A DNA stretch of 64,000 nt from Callorhinchus milii (Eukaryota). Below, piece by piece: positions 61,701 to 64,000 of the stretch. Within the stretch, counting starts at the first letter, position 1. Every line of letters begins with the position of its first letter. The stretch spans positions 121,460,001-121,524,000 of the forward strand of contig NW_024704742.1 of the NCBI RefSeq assembly GCF_018977255.1, given 5' to 3'. The position numbers and the translations under genes are program-made. The notes under the pieces were generated by a model. The model worked only from the letters and a program-made list of their open reading frames with translations, ran no database searches and had not been told where the DNA came from.

Positions 61701-62279
61701 CTGTTTATCAGCAAGAGGGGATGTCTCCAGGAGAGAAAGGGTAAGAATCGAGAAAAAAAGCGGAATACAAAACTATTCTTGTATTCTGTTGATCACATAA
61801 TTCTAATAACAATAATCCTTGCATTTGATATAGTGTCTTATCGTGTCTTCGAGACGTATCAAAGCACTTCACAGAATATACTGTAAAGTGAATTGGCTGT
61901 ATATTTTGTGGGCGAAACACCTTCCGCGAAACGCCATAGTGTAATACTAACAACATTAACAACAAATTGTATTGCGCCTTTCACATTGGGAGGATGTCCC
62001 AAGGTGTTGGACAATCAAGGATGTGCACCCGAGCTGGGGTTAGGATCAAGAGGGGTGGAGTGCAGGGAGGGTAGTGGTAGGAGGGTAATATAAATTCAAT
62101 ATACACTTTAACATAAATATAGTAAAATGACAGCCTTCAGAGAGGTTAAATCTTGCATGACTAATCTCAGACTTTTCAAATTGGTAATGGAAAACGTACA
62201 GTGTAGGGTAATAAAGCGTAATAATACAGTGTAATAATACACTCCAAAAAGACCAGTGCTAAAAGTAACACAAAAGAAC

Positions 62280-62450
62280 TCTTGTACAAGGTATCAGTGG
62301 GTATTGAGGGTAAAACATGAACACAGATTAATAACTGGCTGAAGGAACATGATCAGAGGCTATTCAAGAGGGGAGCTATTTTTTGAAATAGCGAATGGGA
62401 TACCTCAGGGATCCATACTGGGACCCCTCCTGACACTAGTATACATAGAG
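62280..62450 (+). mobile_element. CR1 RT-domain remnant
   Basis: GGGATACCTCAGGGATCCATACTGGGACCCCTCCTG translates GIPQGSILGPLL. Confidence 0.7.
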
Positions 62451-62779
62451 TAAACATAAATTGCCTTAATTTGTAGAGTTAGTACACCATTTTAGAAGAA
62501 TGAGATTAAATGAACCAAAAGACCTTCTTCACCTGGATCTCCCTTGTGATTAATGAATGGTGTGGAATACATTATAAAAAACACTGGGTACTCTGTTTAT
62601 TTTGCTACTTCATGCACAAACGACAAAGATTTGTGTGCATAAACTCAAAATATACTGAGAACTTGCACTGTTTGCAACCTGGAATGTGGGCTTTTGAAAA
62701 TTATTTAGATTTTTTTAAAATAGAAGAACTTGCTTTTTATTCTAGAATAATACAGAAGCTATGTTGAGTGATTTCCCAA

Positions 62780-62960
62780 CAATAAACAGTATTGCATTTG
62801 ATATAGCGCCTTATCATATCGTTGAGACGTCTCAAAGTGCTTCACAAAATATACTGTAAAGTGAATTGACTGCATTTGGGGGCGAAACGTGGCAACCAAT
62901 TGCGCGCAGCAGTGTTCCACAAACAGTTGTGGATTGAGTGACCAAATTATTATTATTAGA
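62780..62960 (-). mobile_element. SINE 3' half
   Basis: Same family as 50133-50460. Further short fragments lie near 15245, 16008, 37545, 40750, 47735, 55230, 57970 and 61805. Confidence 0.85.
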
Positions 62961-64000
62961 ACAAGCACATGGCTTAAGTAACAAAAGTAACAATGGAGAA
63001 GTGGTATCAGAGGTACAAAATCACAGAAAAATGTCTATATTTACGTATCACAACACAAAGTCAGATTGTATTATTGCAGTAACCTTTCAATGCTGACGCT
63101 GGAATAAGATAATATTTGCATAGACAGCATCAGGTCTAGCCACATTCCAATTTTAAGATACAGGAATCTTTTATAATAATAATAATTATAATAATAATAA
63201 TTTTTTTAAGAGCACAAAGACAATCAGAATGGCAGTAATCTTCCCAATAGAGACAGCAACATTACTTTCAAATTTGTTTTCTTGTGTGGAAAAATCAGCA
63301 AGAATAAGAAGTCTGTCCTGCCTATAATATATAGCGGTTTAACCTGTATTATTTTACAAATGTTAAATATCATGAATAAAAGCAGATACAGTTTTTACCA
63401 ACATAATTGTGGAACTCAAACTGCCGAGAGATGAATATATTTCTATTCAAATGTCAGAACACTGCTCCCTGTTTATAGTTCTCTTCACCAGTGACTGCTG
63501 CCTAATAAAAACACACTCAATGTATACACTGTAAACATATTTTAAAACACCAACCAAAAAATACAAAATCTCACGAGAACCTGCATTTCAGATTCTACCC
63601 CAGTGCCATATGGCTAAAGTACATTTGCAAACCCAGTCGTATGTGTGATTTGGGCAATATGCACAGGTATACATTACCTTAGATTTCATTACAGATAGTG
63701 GGAAGATTGATAACAGGAGCCGTAGGCACACAGCAGTATTTGGTGTGGCTAAATTAATTTAAGTATGCATTTTACTGCAATTGGTTTCTATATGTAATGT
63801 AGAGGTGTCACAATGTAATGAAACAATGATATATTGTGCAATATTCAACACACAGTAATATTGCCACATTTTCTTTCTGCTGGATAAAGTGATAAATGAT
63901 GATGCGCTATGGAATGAATATTCAACACACAATAATCATATTATCCATTGTCTTTTCACAGCAATATAGTAATCACAAAATACACCCATGAGAAAACATT

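Noticed and set aside
55617..64000. NDUFAF2 exon 1
   Set aside because: I found no G-x-D-x-x-G-N-K-Y-Y-type coding stretch or CpG island; it probably lies beyond the window.

Overview
Vertebrate genomic DNA, most likely a cartilaginous fish; this is inferred from the mix of L2, CR1 and tRNA/Deu-type SINE repeats. The window holds two convergent protein-coding genes in the same tail-to-tail arrangement known from human. SMIM15 is on the + strand, with a CpG-island first exon near 13.4 kb and a complete 74-aa CDS at 18413-18637. NDUFAF2 is on the - strand, with coding exons 2, 3 and 4 at 55527-55616, 49009-49049 and 32206-32460; exon 1 was not found and probably lies beyond 64000. The rest is intron and intergenic DNA dense in 5'-truncated L2 and CR1 LINE fragments and SINEs, several of them nested. 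A 2.5-kb minisatellite abuts the SMIM15 promoter. I cannot support a wholly new biological system here. The best leads are: a promoter-like element with three Pbx-Prep/Meis decamers in a palindromic layout (6.3-6.8 kb); an unexplained 82-bp inverted repeat pair (1182/3149); an unidentified dispersed element in two inverted copies around NDUFAF2 exons 2-3, one of which supplies a donor for a candidate in-frame cassette exon; a CR1 remnant that is unusually CpG-rich inside the CpG island; and SINE/L2 3'-hairpin loop variants. Repeat boundaries were read by eye and are approximate.
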